Source of the DNA: Octopus vulgaris
Lineage: Eukaryota
NCBI GenBank assembly: GCA_951406725.2
Contig: OX597816.1
Location: 91,140,001-91,204,000, forward strand
Length of the DNA: 64,000 nt
Direction: 5' to 3'
A program made the position numbers and the translations under genes. Positions 1 to 12,475 of the stretch are shown here, piece after piece (the stretch's first letter is position 1; every line of letters begins with the position of its first letter). The notes under the pieces were generated by a model. That model saw only the letters and a program-made list of their open reading frames with translations. It had not been told where the DNA came from and searched no databases.

Positions 1-539
1 TCTCATTAGTGGTAGAAAGAGAGAAAAAAAGATATTAAGTGATAATTCTGTTTTAATATCTAAAGAAATAAAACATACACATATACATTTCATTTCTTTT
101 TTTGCTTTCATTTTTTTTCATTCCGTTTAATATTAAATTTAGTTTTATTCCTTTCACGCCACTTTTTGTCTCTCTTTTCCTACTGTGAAATAGCAATATG
201 GAACAGTAGAGAAGAAGGATATCGATAATTTATAAAGTTAAGCGAAATAACATTAGATAACATATAACAACAGAAATTTAAGTGTCTAATTTTTAAAATA
301 TGGCCGAAATACATCTAACACAAGAATTTGTCTCATAAGAACTTGGACTTTAGAACCATAATATAGAAGGCTAAGTTAGTAGCAGTGATAGTTCTGGGAT
401 TTTAAACTATTATTAATCACTGAATAGTAAGCCTTCTCCTATCTCTAGTCTGAGTTATATTCATGTTCATGTTATTAGAAATATTCTAGTAATTCATTTG
501 ATATTAAATCATAAACTTGAGAGAAAAGAGGTAGATTAG

Positions 540-740
540 TAGCGTCAGTAGAGAGTCACACAAAGTGCCTTGCCGTATTATGTCTATTTCTGTTGAGTTC
601 AAATCATCCTATTGGAGCTAAATTGTCTTTCCTTCTTCTGGGGTACGGTTAAATAAGTACCAGTCAAGTGCTAGGGTCGAAATAATAGACTATATCCTCC
701 CCCAAAAAATATGACCCTGTGCCTATGTTAGAAATTGATA
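540..740 (+). mobile_element. tRNA-derived SINE, family 1, diverged
   Basis: B-box-like gagttcaaatc, then taaataagtaccagtcaagtgctagggtcga, matching the family-1 copy at 37452. Confidence 0.65.
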
Positions 741-910
741 TGGCTGGTGTGTCTCATTTGCAAAGTCTTCGTATCTCCAGGGAAATAGGATTTACTATAT
801 GTGTTCTAAATGTTTAAGATCTGAAAATATTTTAAAACACCTTTTTGCTTGGATGGAGAATTCAAACACCTGGTGTTTGATGCAACTATCAATGAAACTA
901 CAGCAGACAT

Positions 911-1062
911 CAATGGCCTAGTGTGGGGTGTATGGGGCGTGCCCACAGCACAAGGCGGCCACTTCATACACGTGTATCTGTTGTAGGCGAAAGTATGTTA
1001 TGTTTAAGGATTTGAGGCGGCCAATTTGACTCCCACACAAGGCGATCAGATCCCACGCTATG
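911..1062. mobile_element. hAT-type MITE
   Basis: Imperfect TIRs (tagtgtggg / cccacgcta) and near-identical 8-bp flanks gcagacat (903-910) / gtagacat (1063-1070). Confidence 0.5.
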
Positions 1063-2175
1063 GTAGACATGCCACATATGAAAAGTTTACTTGTAGAGAA
1101 ATAAAGATACCTCTATTACACATACCACGTATGGTATGAAAGTTTACTTCTAAGGAAAAAAAAAACCCACGATAGTTGTGTAAACGTACTGCGGAAGATA
1201 TCCTGTAAAGTCATTAACTGGTCTAGAGAGAAACTGACACTTGGAAGTATTTTGACATATTTAAACATCTCGTCAGTACAGGACACCAGTTTAATGTGGG
1301 ACTATCAGAAAAGAGATTCTTTTGCTGCTATTCAATATACTATGATGTCGGTATATATGTTTGCCCTAAAGACAAATCTGACATATGGATGTCGTCATTA
1401 TTATATCAAGAAGCCATTCATTATCATAATGAAGGTTCGTCAATAGCGAATTAGCAACGTAATATATATATGGATGGTGCGACAAGTTTAAAACATTTGA
1501 GGCGTAAAGAGGTTTTAAAAGTAACGGAAACGCAGACCCCAAACCCCAAACTTGAAAATGCTCGATATCCTGAAATACACCCCAGGACCCATTGAATGTT
1601 AAAAGATCAAATTGACTGACTTTTGTCATGAAAAAAAAAATATATATATTTGAAATAGATGAGTAAGGAGAGTATTATTCTGGAAAGTCGCAACTGATCT
1701 GACAAGTTTTCTGAATTCAGGAATATATAAAGTTTATAATCACCTGTGTTCACCATTTGGTCAGTGTTAGCGTATTTAATTAATGTATTTAATTAATAGA
1801 ACTGTAGAAACCTAAACTACAAATAGATACCTCGTGATAGTAAAATAATATTAGTCCATGAATAATATATGTATTTTTTTAATCAAAACTCCAGCAATTG
1901 CAAGTGAGAACTCCAAACATACTTCAACGAATTTCTAGCCTTTTTCAGCGAGGTATATTCTCATTGTAGCTGGCCGATTTTGTTGTGAACGAATCTAAAA
2001 GAAATATATGAAAAATATGCATTTGTTGGCGTCAGAAGAGAAAATTTTAGAGGATTCTTTTTTTTTTTTTGCCATCCGAGTGTTATGAATACGGCATTTC
2101 TGAGCAATGACACTTTCCCTCGCTAACATATATAGATTACTGTATATTTACTTATTTATTCATTCACTATTGATC

Positions 2176-2233
2176 TGACTAACTACAGAGAGGATATACT
2201 TAGTTGACGAAGCCTCGAAACACGTCAGGAGTT
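2176..2233 (+). ncRNA. Degenerate minimal hammerhead-like motif
   Basis: TTGACGA-agcctc-GAAA-CAC-GTC with GAGG/CCTC pairing potential; stem I is poor. Confidence 0.3.
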
Positions 2234-3734
2234 GCTTCTCGTATTTGCTGGAAAAAAGAAACGAATGAAAATTTTTATCAATTGTATTTTTCTCAGCATA
2301 TTTATTTTTATGTTAAACTTTTAACACTCCATAAATTAAATTTGCTAATATCCATTTAGCTATTCATTTTCATCCGGATGGTGTCTCTGAATTGTTTTAC
2401 GTTACTATACTCCAGATGTATCTCTGAGCAAAACAATTAGATAATACAATATATTTTCAGTTTATGTTATATCAAGTTTATTATTTCAAAACAAATTTAA
2501 GAATAACAACAAAGTATTTACTGTCAGCGTGACCAAATGATAAAAATATAGTTATAGTTTAAGATTTGTGTGACGGTTTATTCAGAGAAAACCATCAGCA
2601 AGACAAACTTTAAAATCTGTAGCTGTAACACACTATGTATAGTTCTCTTCAGCAACTAAGTAGTTTTTTAAAATCTATTTCTTTCACTTGTTCTTTCTTT
2701 AGAAATTTTCAAGTGGTTTACTTATTTTAATGCAAACTGACTAGACTGACAATAAAATTATTTCCAATATTTCATCTTGCTCTTCTTATCGTAGCTAAGT
2801 TCGAAAGAACTTAAATCATTGTTTCAGACCGTATGTCTGTTTCATATAATTTCTTCAGAACTATTATCTGTGCACTCGTAGTGGTAATTCCATCTTGCGG
2901 GAAATTCAAGTTTTCGGTTGTTTGAAAGCACTGAGCTTAATAAACAAATGCTTTTCTTTCTTTCGTTTTTCTTTTTATAATTTATAAATGTTAATTTTCT
3001 CAAGTAATACTCGTATATTGTGGTCATATGTAACACTATGAAGTAATTTGTAATCCAAACTATATCAGTCTCGATGTTGTTTGAATCCAAATTTACAAAG
3101 TAGCATTTTGAGATCATTTAGTCAAGATTATTTCAGTTCATATTATATTTATAATTGAAATTATCTCAGTTCACATCATACTTGGCTTGGGTGTCGACTA
3201 TCATAGAACATGTTTTAAATTTCCTTGGCGTACATTTCGGATTTGGGCCTGTCTATGTTTCCTTAGCGTATATTTCCGGATTTGAGTCTGTCTATGTTAC
3301 CAAAATCTTCTGCTTTTCTTTATATGCGCACTTTTAGAAATGCTACAGTAAAATCCAATCATTCTCTTCTTATTTAATGTTAAATGATATTTATATACAC
3401 ATCCATTCTTGAAAAGCGTACGTCAGTTTTGTTTTGCTTTCTTCCGAGTTCATTATCCAGTTAAAGCTGTCTGTGTTACAGTTTCGCAAACATAGTCGGC
3501 TGGGCGTTACGTATTTAGTACTGTGACGTCATATGTTTGGTGTATGGCAATAAATACAAAAGGGAAAATATGAATACAATAAATAAAATAAAACTTTTTG
3601 ATAAATAAATTGTAATAGATATATTTCTACATTTGCAATTTTTACACTGTTTGTTAAAAGTATTTTTTAATTATACATGTAAATTTTAATTATACATGTA
3701 AATTCAATTTGCTTAGGGCTTCAGCAAACCTAGC

Positions 3735-3900
3735 GCCGACTTTAGTCGAGCACATCGATCTCAGGGCTTATTCTTTGTTAGCCTAGTACTTGTTCTATCG
3801 ATCTCTTGAGCCGAACCGCTAAGTTACGGGGACGTAAACACACCAACATCGGTTGTAAAGCGATGGTGGTGGGGACAAGCACAGACACACAAATATACAT

Positions 3901-3988
<88 letters not shown>

Positions 3989-4105
3989 GATAGGCTTCTT
4001 TCAGTTTCTATCTACCAAATCCACTCACTAGGCTTTGGTCGGCCCGAGGCTATAGTAGAAGACACTCGCCCAAGGTACCACGCAGTGGGACTGAACCCGA
4101 AACCC
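3735..4105 (-). mobile_element. tRNA-derived SINE, family 2, with internal (CA)n(TA)n
   Basis: Same sequence blocks as the full-length copy at 34420-34925. Confidence 0.85.
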
Positions 4106-4109
4106 GTGT

Positions 4110-4504
4110 AAATTAAATTAAAATATCTTCCAAGTTGGGAGGTAGACTCATTTGAAAGAAATGCGACTGATATTGATATGAGATTCAAGAAAGCTATATT
4201 GAGTTGCAGAGAAATCAAACTGTCCAAGCTAAGTTTAACCATGGTCTCAATAGCTTATGGATAAGTAGTGAAATTGCTGAGAAATTCTCATTATTTTGGC
4301 AAGAAAAAATTATATTTCATTGTTTTTCCTACTTCTAATCTAATCGAGTCAAGTTTTAGCCGAGTGTCTTTCGTACAATCTAAAGCTCACAATCGCTTAG
4401 AAATCGTAAGTAGAAGTGGTCTTCGCTTGTCTCTAACAATCGCGATTGGGAAAAACTTGCGAAGCTGCATAAGCTACAAGGACCTTACTGATCAAATACT
4501 GTAA
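4110..4504 (+). pseudogene. hAT transposase C-terminal (dimerisation) remnant
   Basis: ORF 4268-4504 contains FPTSNLIESSFSRV...KAHNRLEI...LRLSLT, resembling the hAT C-terminal motif. A possible terminal repeat lies near 5883-5900. Confidence 0.65.
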
Positions 4505-4995
4505 AATGGTGATGGGATATACATTTCGTTATTTTGCCAAAGAATTTTAATTTTGTGCTGAAAAGTAATAATTTTTTAAGAAGTTATGAATTTTCTGGGT
4601 GTCAATAGAATCTTTTTTTTTTCTTTTTTGTTACGACTATGATATTGGAAAAATAACGTACGGTTGTTTTACGGAAGCCACAATATATTTTTGCTTTTAT
4701 GGAATAGAATAACAGAAAATAAATGTGCAATTAATAAACGCTGAGTTTATTATTAAGGAATCTATTTCGTTAATGATGGAAAATAAGTTACCTTTGAAAA
4801 TCTTTTTGTTAATGTTTATTTGTTAGTATAAACTTTTGTTAAAAATTTTCATTACAAATTATCAGTTTTCAGATATCTATAGAAAAAATTCATGGCAATA
4901 AAACTAATTTAAAACGATTAATATTTAAAATTTCGTAATTTGACAAATTTTACAAATTTTACATGTGACGGATATTTGTCATCTTGTTTGTTGTC

Positions 4996-5041
4996 AACAC
5001 AACGTTTCGGCTGATATACTCTCCAGCCTTCTTCAAGTGTC
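4996..5041 (-). ncRNA. Minimal type-I hammerhead ribozyme (C3>U variant)
   Basis: GACAC-TTGAAGA-A-GGCTGG/TCAGCC-GAAA-CG-TT-GTGTT; stems I and II pair and stem III lies in the palindrome AACGTT. Confidence 0.75.
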
Positions 5042-5112
5042 CTGGGGAAATTTCGAACCTGGATTCTCATTCCTAAGGTATTTTCTCGATGTTATTATTA
5101 TTATTATTATTC

Positions 5113-5187
5113 TGGTCACTGCTTGGAATTGAACTCGGAATCTTGGGGTTAGTAGCCCGCGCTCTTAACCACTAAGCCATATGCCCG
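5113..5187 (-). promoter_or_regulatory. tRNA-like Pol III internal promoter (A and B boxes)
   Basis: TGGCTTAGTGG (A box) and GAGTTCAATTCC (B box) at tRNA spacing. The cloverleaf is imperfect, so this is not a functional tRNA. Confidence 0.7.
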
Positions 5188-5223
5188 TGGGAAATTTTGG
5201 AGTGAATTTTAGGGCTTATAAGT

Positions 5224-5578
5224 CTAATTTTTCCTATCCTTCTTTAATACCGGTTCCTCTATGCTACTCGGTCCCGATTTATCAATATCTTCTCGTGTCA
5301 CATCTTTGCGATGTTCCTCTATCCTATTTTGAGTGGCGGCATGTTTCACATATGTATAACCTACCACAGCTGCATGGGATGGAGTATATGCAGTCTTTGG
5401 TCATATTCTCTTCTATTGGTAGTTGCACTCGAATATATTTGCGAAGTGTGGTATTACTCTTGAATACTGTCTTGATGTCATATGGGACGCATATCTTTTG
5501 TATATTTTCGGAGAGGCCTTCCACATAGGGCAGACAGACTGTGGTCATTTTATGGGTTTCATCCTCTCTTCTCTTCAT
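5224..5578 (-). pseudogene. Penelope GIY-YIG endonuclease fragment, frameshifted and internally deleted
   Basis: ORF 5324-5578 carries CIYSIPCSCGRLYICETCR; the reading continues in another frame to ...PVLKKDRKN*. Confidence 0.85.
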
Positions 5579-6039
5579 AATTGGTATGGATAATATGTTT
5601 TTGGGTTAGTTGTTGTTTAATAGATTGTTACTTAGCTTGATCATTGTTACTTAATAGATTGTTGCTTAGCTTGTAAATAATGTAAATAATGTACATAATT
5701 TCTCATCTCTCAAATATAGAACTGTATTATCTTACAAATGTTATTTTTATTAAAAGTTTATAGTTATTTTTTCTTGCTTGAAAAGTGACCTGTTCCCCCA
5801 AATAATCATTTATTACAAAATTGAAGCAAAATAGAAGCAACATTTAAGACTCCTAGGAGGTGGCAGAAAGGGGGAATAAAAAAAATGTTCAAGAACCACA
5901 GTCCTACGATATCTTACTTAAGAATTCCAAAATAATATCACTTATTTCACTATACCATTCATTATTGGATAATATATTTCGATATTGCACTAATTTCTTT
6001 AAATTTTCCAAAACATACTATCCTCTGTTACTAAAATAA

Positions 6040-7000
6040 ATGATGATTTTCTATTTGTACAAATCCTGTCAAGTTTTATATTCTCTACAAATACGAAAAT
6101 GAATAACTTCGTAGATTTCGGTGTCCTAACTCTATAACACCATTGCTTTTTTAAAGGGGTGCAAAAATGGGGTCAGTGAGAGAATAAAGCCAATTCTGAC
6201 AAACAGTAAGCTTAAATATACTTTTGGACAACTTTACTATATTAGACACTATTCTGGTATTGTTGGTTCTTTTGTTACGATTAAATTATTCATTATTGTA
6301 CTTTGTGGTTCCAGTACATCAAATAATAAAACGCTTCAAACTTTATTTGCATGATTCATTATCAAATACTTGTGAATAAGTTTGGTACTAAATCCGTTCT
6401 AAATCCTATTTGTGATTGTTCACGATATTTTCTGAACATTTTAAAAAATAAGCTTATGTTCAGTCACTGTTCCAATCATCTTACTTCTCAAACCGGTACT
6501 GTTAATTCAATGAGAAAACTGAAATTACCCTGTAAGTACAATTCTGGTCACATAATGACCGGGAAATATACTGGAGAATAATTCTTAAGTGAATTTCGTT
6601 ACTTTGGAGTAAAACGAAAAAATGTTTTCTGGTCCATTATTTTCTTTCTTATTTTTCAAATAATGCATTGCTATTTTCGTATATGTTAACTATCTATGGA
6701 TGTATATCGTTAAAAATTCTAAAACTAATGCTGTGAATTTTGTGGGCTTTGTTTCCGCATTGAATCGTTTAATATATATTCGTTTTCTATAAAACCTGAA
6801 TAATGAAGTATCCACCTTTTTTAATAATATACAGTTTTCTCTTAACTCTTCATTTCTTTCTCATAAGATTTTACTCATCTTGTTCTTTACAGTAGGGCAA
6901 CTTTAACGGTGTTTCTTCTTCTTTTCTCTGTGAAAATGCATGAAATACTCTCAGGGTCATTAGCAAACTGTTTATTCAATATTCGCCATGTACACGTCAG
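6040..7000 (-). pseudogene. Possible highly decayed Tc1/mariner-like transposase
   Basis: Scattered translated pieces (VFHAFSQRKE, LVPNLF, LGHRNLR) in the expected order, with many stops. Confidence 0.2.
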
Positions 7001-8298
7001 TTTATATTTGAATGTCTCGGACGTGTATTTAAGTTCATATTTCAGGTTGCACATCCTGTAGCTGAAAGTTTCAAGTTTCTTGTTCCCAATTCACTTACCC
7101 ATTTTAAATTCCCTTTTAACGTTTTATATCTGTATTCACTGACTTTATATTTCATGAGCTTTTACTTCATAGCGACATTTTTTATTCGAGAATCTGACTC
7201 GGTTTTGTTAAGATATTTATTGCACATTGCTTGTGTTCATTTAATTTCGATAATTTTGTAATGCGATCATAATCGCGTATATCAATATGCTTTAACTTTT
7301 CTATTTTATGTTATTTTCAATCTCATTTCTAGCTAAAATTTTTAGTGGTAATATTTATTACTATATCAAGTGTTAGTATGATTTGATCTTTATACTACTT
7401 AACTAAATGGTTTTTTTGTCAACTCGGATTATAAATTTGCTAATTTCATAGAAAACACCCATCTTTCCTATTCGTATGTTCATTTAGCATAATTCAAATA
7501 TCGAATGTCTTAAAGTTGCAGGTTATTTACTATTTTACATTTTATCATTATAATCCATCTCTACTGGAATGTTTTGTGTTCGTATTTAGCTATGTTCTAT
7601 TAGACTTCTGTAATTGTTATGCTTAATACGAGAACCGTTTGGATTGTAACGTATAAAAAAGATGAATGTTTATTTATACCAGAACTGGCTGTAGTTAACT
7701 GAAAAGAAAATTCAGTTATGTAACTAATTGATTATTTTTTAACAGTTAAGTTAGCTTTAAAATTCTTAATACAGAAACCACCAAAACGTTAACAAATTTT
7801 ATGACGTAGTCAGGCAGGATTTAAACCTGTTTTATCGAGAATAAAATTGAGAGATTTGTGGAAATTATACGAGTTGAATATTTCAGGCAAAATGACACTT
7901 AACTAACATGTTTAAGTATAGTTAATTAATTTGTTTTCTACCTAATTTTAGCATAATATTAATGGGTAAGTAGTGGATCCAATATCTTTTTTTTATGTGA
8001 TTATAATGGTAAGCAAGTTCCGTGTAACATTCATTTGTGAATAAGAAGAATAGTTATTCATTTGTAATCCTTCAGAGTTTATGTCATTCAACTTTTACTT
8101 AGAATAAAAGATATTGAAATAAATTATAATTATTTAGGAGTTTCTCACTACAATGCTTGGAATGATAGTGTATCTACATTCTTAACAGCACAGAAAATAT
8201 AAGAGCAACAACCTTATTTCATTCTATTTGAGTTTACTTCCCGTGAGTATAAACGTATCACCAAATTAACATATGGTTGAAATATGCTGCCTACAGAC

Positions 8299-8445
8299 CA
8301 GTCATGGGCAACCTACGGCCCCCAGAACTTTCTGAATAGCATGCCTAATGAAAAATTACCTTCAATTTTTTTTAGTAGTGTGACCTGCCTGATGATGAGC
8401 CGTGTCTCATGCAACCCGCTTCTGGAAAAAGGTTGCTCATGCCTA
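8299..8445. mobile_element. hAT-type MITE
   Basis: TIRs cagtcatgggcaacct / aggttgctcatgccta; 8-bp flanks ctacagac / ctaaagat; related partial copy at about 29560-29658. Confidence 0.7.
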
Positions 8446-10451
8446 CTAAAGATGATACTTAAAACCTAGTCTATATGTCTAAAAGCAGTGTAATAACTTT
8501 TGAACCGTTTCAACTGTAAGCATAAAGTGTCTGCTTTATGAACCGAATTGTACGCCGGGATCCGAAGCTGAAACAAGTTTGTAAATAAACTTAACTCTTT
8601 TTATGGTTTAGTCAGAAATAGAATGAAGGTGCCCATGATCCTCTTCAGGGCACCTGAGATGAGTGAAAGAAGGGATGTTGTTATCATCAGAGCAGAAACG
8701 TGGCCCAAATGCTACGAAGACATGTGCTCAAACAGTTCAAATTCTTTTCCAACCATAAAATATTGAGAAATTCATTATTTTATTGTTGCTTTATTCTGTC
8801 ATTTTCAAGGCTGAATAACCTAGCTATATATCAAAATGTTATAACATTCTGAAACCTCATTATAGACCTCATTATAGAGTAGCTTTTAACTCTTTAGTAT
8901 TGTGTTCTAGTAACCTACATTTCACTGATATGTAGGATTAGTATTTCAGAAATATGTCACTACTGTGAATTTTTTAACACTGAGTATCTGTTAGTTATGG
9001 CAGCATAGCCTTTTCTATAAAGAAATGCAGTTGAATCTCTATGTGTTTTAAGTAATATATTTCTTTATTATTTAATGAAGAGAGAACAGAGCGCGCAACC
9101 TTTGAATCCCTTCTCAGGCCAGCGCGGTCGAAGTGGTTGATGTTTCCTTTCATCATTTACGGATTAATATCTGTTAGCATAGCATCATCAGGTACAATGT
9201 TAAAGAGGACTGTAATTATGGAAAATATATGGCTTATATTTTATGAGAAGGTCAGCAATAGTTACGACAGGAATACTGTCTGTCATAAAGAATGTGGCAA
9301 GTATATATTCTGTCTTTGGATTAGCACTTTCTTTTTTTCTGTGTAGCTTTCAGACAAAAATGTAAGCTCTTTTAACATTTTCTCATTTTCTCTCGGCATG
9401 CTTTGGAAGCTACATCACTGAATACTTCTACTTTTGAGTAATTTAGTTGGTTTGAGACAAATATACCCAACTCTACTATTGTTGTTCAAAATAGGAAAGG
9501 CTTCGCCGACCATTGCTATTGTTCTGAACACCAGGCAATATTGGATGTTATATTTTAGAGGCTTCCATACTTTGGCAGAGGAGCAAGAGAACTCAACTAC
9601 AATGTTGTTATTCACAGAGACTTACAACATGGTATTGAGGACCTACGAAAGCAAATAGGGGACAGAGATGCATGGTGGGATGATAAGAATCTCCGTTGTG
9701 GCTGGCTGCTTGAAGAAGAATCAAACTTATTGCTATCATTGTTAATTATAATAAGACATACATGATCTGCCTTCGTGCTTGCCTTATGCTACAACGTATG
9801 TTTCAATGACGAGGCATTCATCATAAATATTTGCATATTTCCTATCAAAGGCCGACAGACCTAGCATAGCATTCTCATAATATATTATGCTTTAACATAA
9901 AGTTAAGGCTGCAGTATAGAGAGGTTAGCCAGATTATACTTTAGTACACCAATATGTGCATATTGTATTTCATACCACTAGTCTCAACACCAGATTATGA
10001 TTTAGAGAGCTGTAATAATATCAAGTTCGTTATAGCCATAAAGACTTAAGAGATAAATGGATTCAATTTGTAAACGTGCAAAGTGATACTTATATTAAAG
10101 CAAACGCTTAGGTAATTTATTTAGTAAATGTACTCAAAGTGAAAGCCCGAATGGTGAATATTGGAGATTACCCGACAAGTAAATACAATAAATCAATGTT
10201 TATGGGTTGACTTAGCCTTTTAACCACTGAAATGGATAAGCCCATCGACTACATTCCCTCAATATTTTTCTCGCCTTACTCCTTTTACCTAAAATTAAAG
10301 TCATAGAATTTAGTACAAGTATAATATAATAATTTTTAACTGAAATGATTGAATTCCTGTGCTGAACTTATAACAACTAAAACAAGCTACAGAAAAAAAA
10401 ATCCCTTTAACATTATTTCTATAAGTTGTCTTTATACAGGAGGAATCAGAG

Positions 10452-10497
<46 letters not shown>

Positions 10498-10499
<2 letters not shown>

Positions 10500-10842
10500 C
10501 AATAAAGGGTTTGGCAACGAATTGCCTTACCACATACCGAATTTAGAAATAGCAGTCAAAGAGTTATAGCTATTTCTTCTACTAAAAGGGAGATCTCAGT
10601 AAAAACAGCAATTGGAAGGCAGACACAAACAGGTAAGAGAGAATGAATTGACGGCAATCTATCATACAATTTTAAGTTATCTACGGACGTGTTTCGAAAT
10701 CAAGTTTTAGGAAAGCATAAGAATTAAATATTAAATAATTCTATCTTACCAAGAACTTCTTTTCTCTTCAGCGTAGAATACTATAATCATAAATGATTAT
10801 ATATTGAATTTTGAGATACTAGAAGGCATCAACTCAACTCAG

Positions 10843-10845
<3 letters not shown>
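10498..10845 (-). mobile_element. Short hammerhead-bearing element (solo PLE pLTR or retrozyme-like) between two (TA)n tracts
   Basis: About 350 bp of unique sequence bounded by (TA)n on both sides, containing the HHR at 10680-10777. Confidence 0.65.
10680..10777 (-). ncRNA. Type-I hammerhead ribozyme with intact core and long stem II
   Basis: TCTACG-CTGAAGA-GAAA...TTTC-GAAA-CAC-GTC-CGTAGA: perfect 6-bp stem I, all core bases present, GUC triplet. Confidence 0.85.
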
Positions 10846-10921
<76 letters not shown>

Positions 10922-10932
10922 ATATATATAAG

Positions 10933-10986
<54 letters not shown>

Positions 10987-11140
10987 TACATATATACATG
11001 CATGCATACATACACACGTGTACATGTATTACCTTTGTATATATGTACGTGTATGCATGAATTATGTATGTGTGTGTGTGTATATATATATATATTTATG
11101 CACACACACATACACTCACACACACACACACACACAAATG
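10846..11140. repeat. Compound (TA)n/(TG)n/(CA)n microsatellite
   Basis: Directly visible. Confidence 0.95.
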
Positions 11141-12090
11141 TATGTAAGTATGTATACCATAGATTCGCACATGGATGTATATATTCTAGGTACAACAGCT
11201 GATGTCTTAATGTAAGTAGACTTGTCTGGCTTTTATGTTGGTTTCACGTTTTTGCTTTCTTTTTGTCAATTTTACTAATGAAAGAACATTCGCAATTGCC
11301 ACCTCGAAATCTGTTAATATAATTGAACTTTAATCTTTAGAGTGACAAGAGATAAAACTACAATTGTTACTCCCTCCTTTTTTCTCTTTCTTATTTCCTC
11401 AAATCACACAATCTTACCAAATGTCCCCAATTCTCGCTGTACTGAGCTAAATCATTTTGCGAATTAAAAAAAAATCTCATAAAGGCAACTCCAGCCGTGT
11501 TATTTAGTACATTTCCTTTGTTTAACAAACAATCTGAAAAGTGATTTGTTTCTTCGCTACGCTTCAGTGTAACTGTTCTCTTTGTTGGTTAATTCACTAC
11601 CTGCCACATGTGAATAAGTAGAACATTCAGTCGGCGTTAGAACATAACAAATATTCTTTTCAAATTCGTTAACATCTCAATAGAAACATTATGAAACTGC
11701 GCGGTTGTTATGTTTATTTGAATTGTTTATGCGTCTATGATTATACAGTTTGCTTCATTTCTGGCAGTATGCATCTAAAATGATCAAACTATTGTTCAGA
11801 TTTGGAAACATTAAAAAAAAAAATTAACTGGGTGTAAAATTCTCCAAATATTTTAGTGTCGATCTTTCATAAGGAATGATATAGGAATTTATAGCATTCT
11901 TGTTTATTTCCAAGAGAGTGTGCAAGTTAGGTGAAGCGATTCCGAATGGGAATCAGTGTTGAGTTCTGGAGATTTGGTATTTCAACTGCTAACTTATGCA
12001 ATTTTAAGGAACTGACAATTCTTTGTGTAAAAACTGCTTAAACTTTCAGTAAAAATTTTAGTTAAAATTGCATAACATAGGTGTTGAAAT

Positions 12091-12144
12091 GGACACACAC
12101 ACACACGCACACACACACCCACACACACACCCACACACACACAC

Positions 12145-12187
<43 letters not shown>

Positions 12188-12209
12188 ATATATATATGTG
12201 TGAGTGTGA

Positions 12210-12280
<71 letters not shown>
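12091..12280. repeat. Compound (CA)n/(TG)n/(TA)n/(GA)n microsatellite
   Basis: Directly visible. Confidence 0.95.
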
Positions 12281-12284
<4 letters not shown>

Positions 12285-12416
12285 CGAGTCAGTGAGTGTT
12301 TGTCGCTGCGAGAGAAGGAGACAGAGAACTAGGAGGGAGGGAGAAGAATCAGACGATCTCAACATTTACTTGGATTTGCTCATCTTCAATGCAGCTAAGG
12401 ATAATCTATTTATCAG

Positions 12417-12475
12417 ATGAAGAGTAGCAGTCATCGTAAGATGGTTTTCCAGTCCAAAGGCAGAGAACGTCATTT
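12417..12475 (+). CDS. Candidate short 5' coding exon (MKSSSHRKMVFQSKGRERH), phase-2 donor
   Basis: ATG, open frame, then GTATGT, in non-repetitive sequence after a (GA)n tract. No homology recognised. Confidence 0.3.

Larger units (their letters stand above)
4952..5740 (-). mobile_element. 5'-truncated Penelope-like element: GIY-YIG remnant, tRNA-like head, (AAT)n, hammerhead, tail
   Basis: LPYVEGLSENIQKIC...IYSIPCSCGRLYICET then RIEEHRKDV (PLE linker and GIY-YIG). The 3' non-coding part matches 26065-26368. Confidence 0.85.

Noticed and set aside
3229-3298. ~38-bp tandem duplication, with similar short ones near 1076-1152 and 3665-3703
   Set aside because: Ordinary two-copy slippage duplications with no further structure.
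5113-5187. tRNA gene with an ACT anticodon
   Set aside because: The acceptor, anticodon and T stems are broken and it sits inside a repeat; it is a tRNA-derived head only.
8630-8656. CTGAAGA on the - strand in a small hairpin
   Set aside because: No GAAA or stem III follows, so it is not a hammerhead.
9137-9658. Three overlapping or adjacent short ORFs in unique sequence
   Set aside because: No recognisable domain or convincing splice structure.
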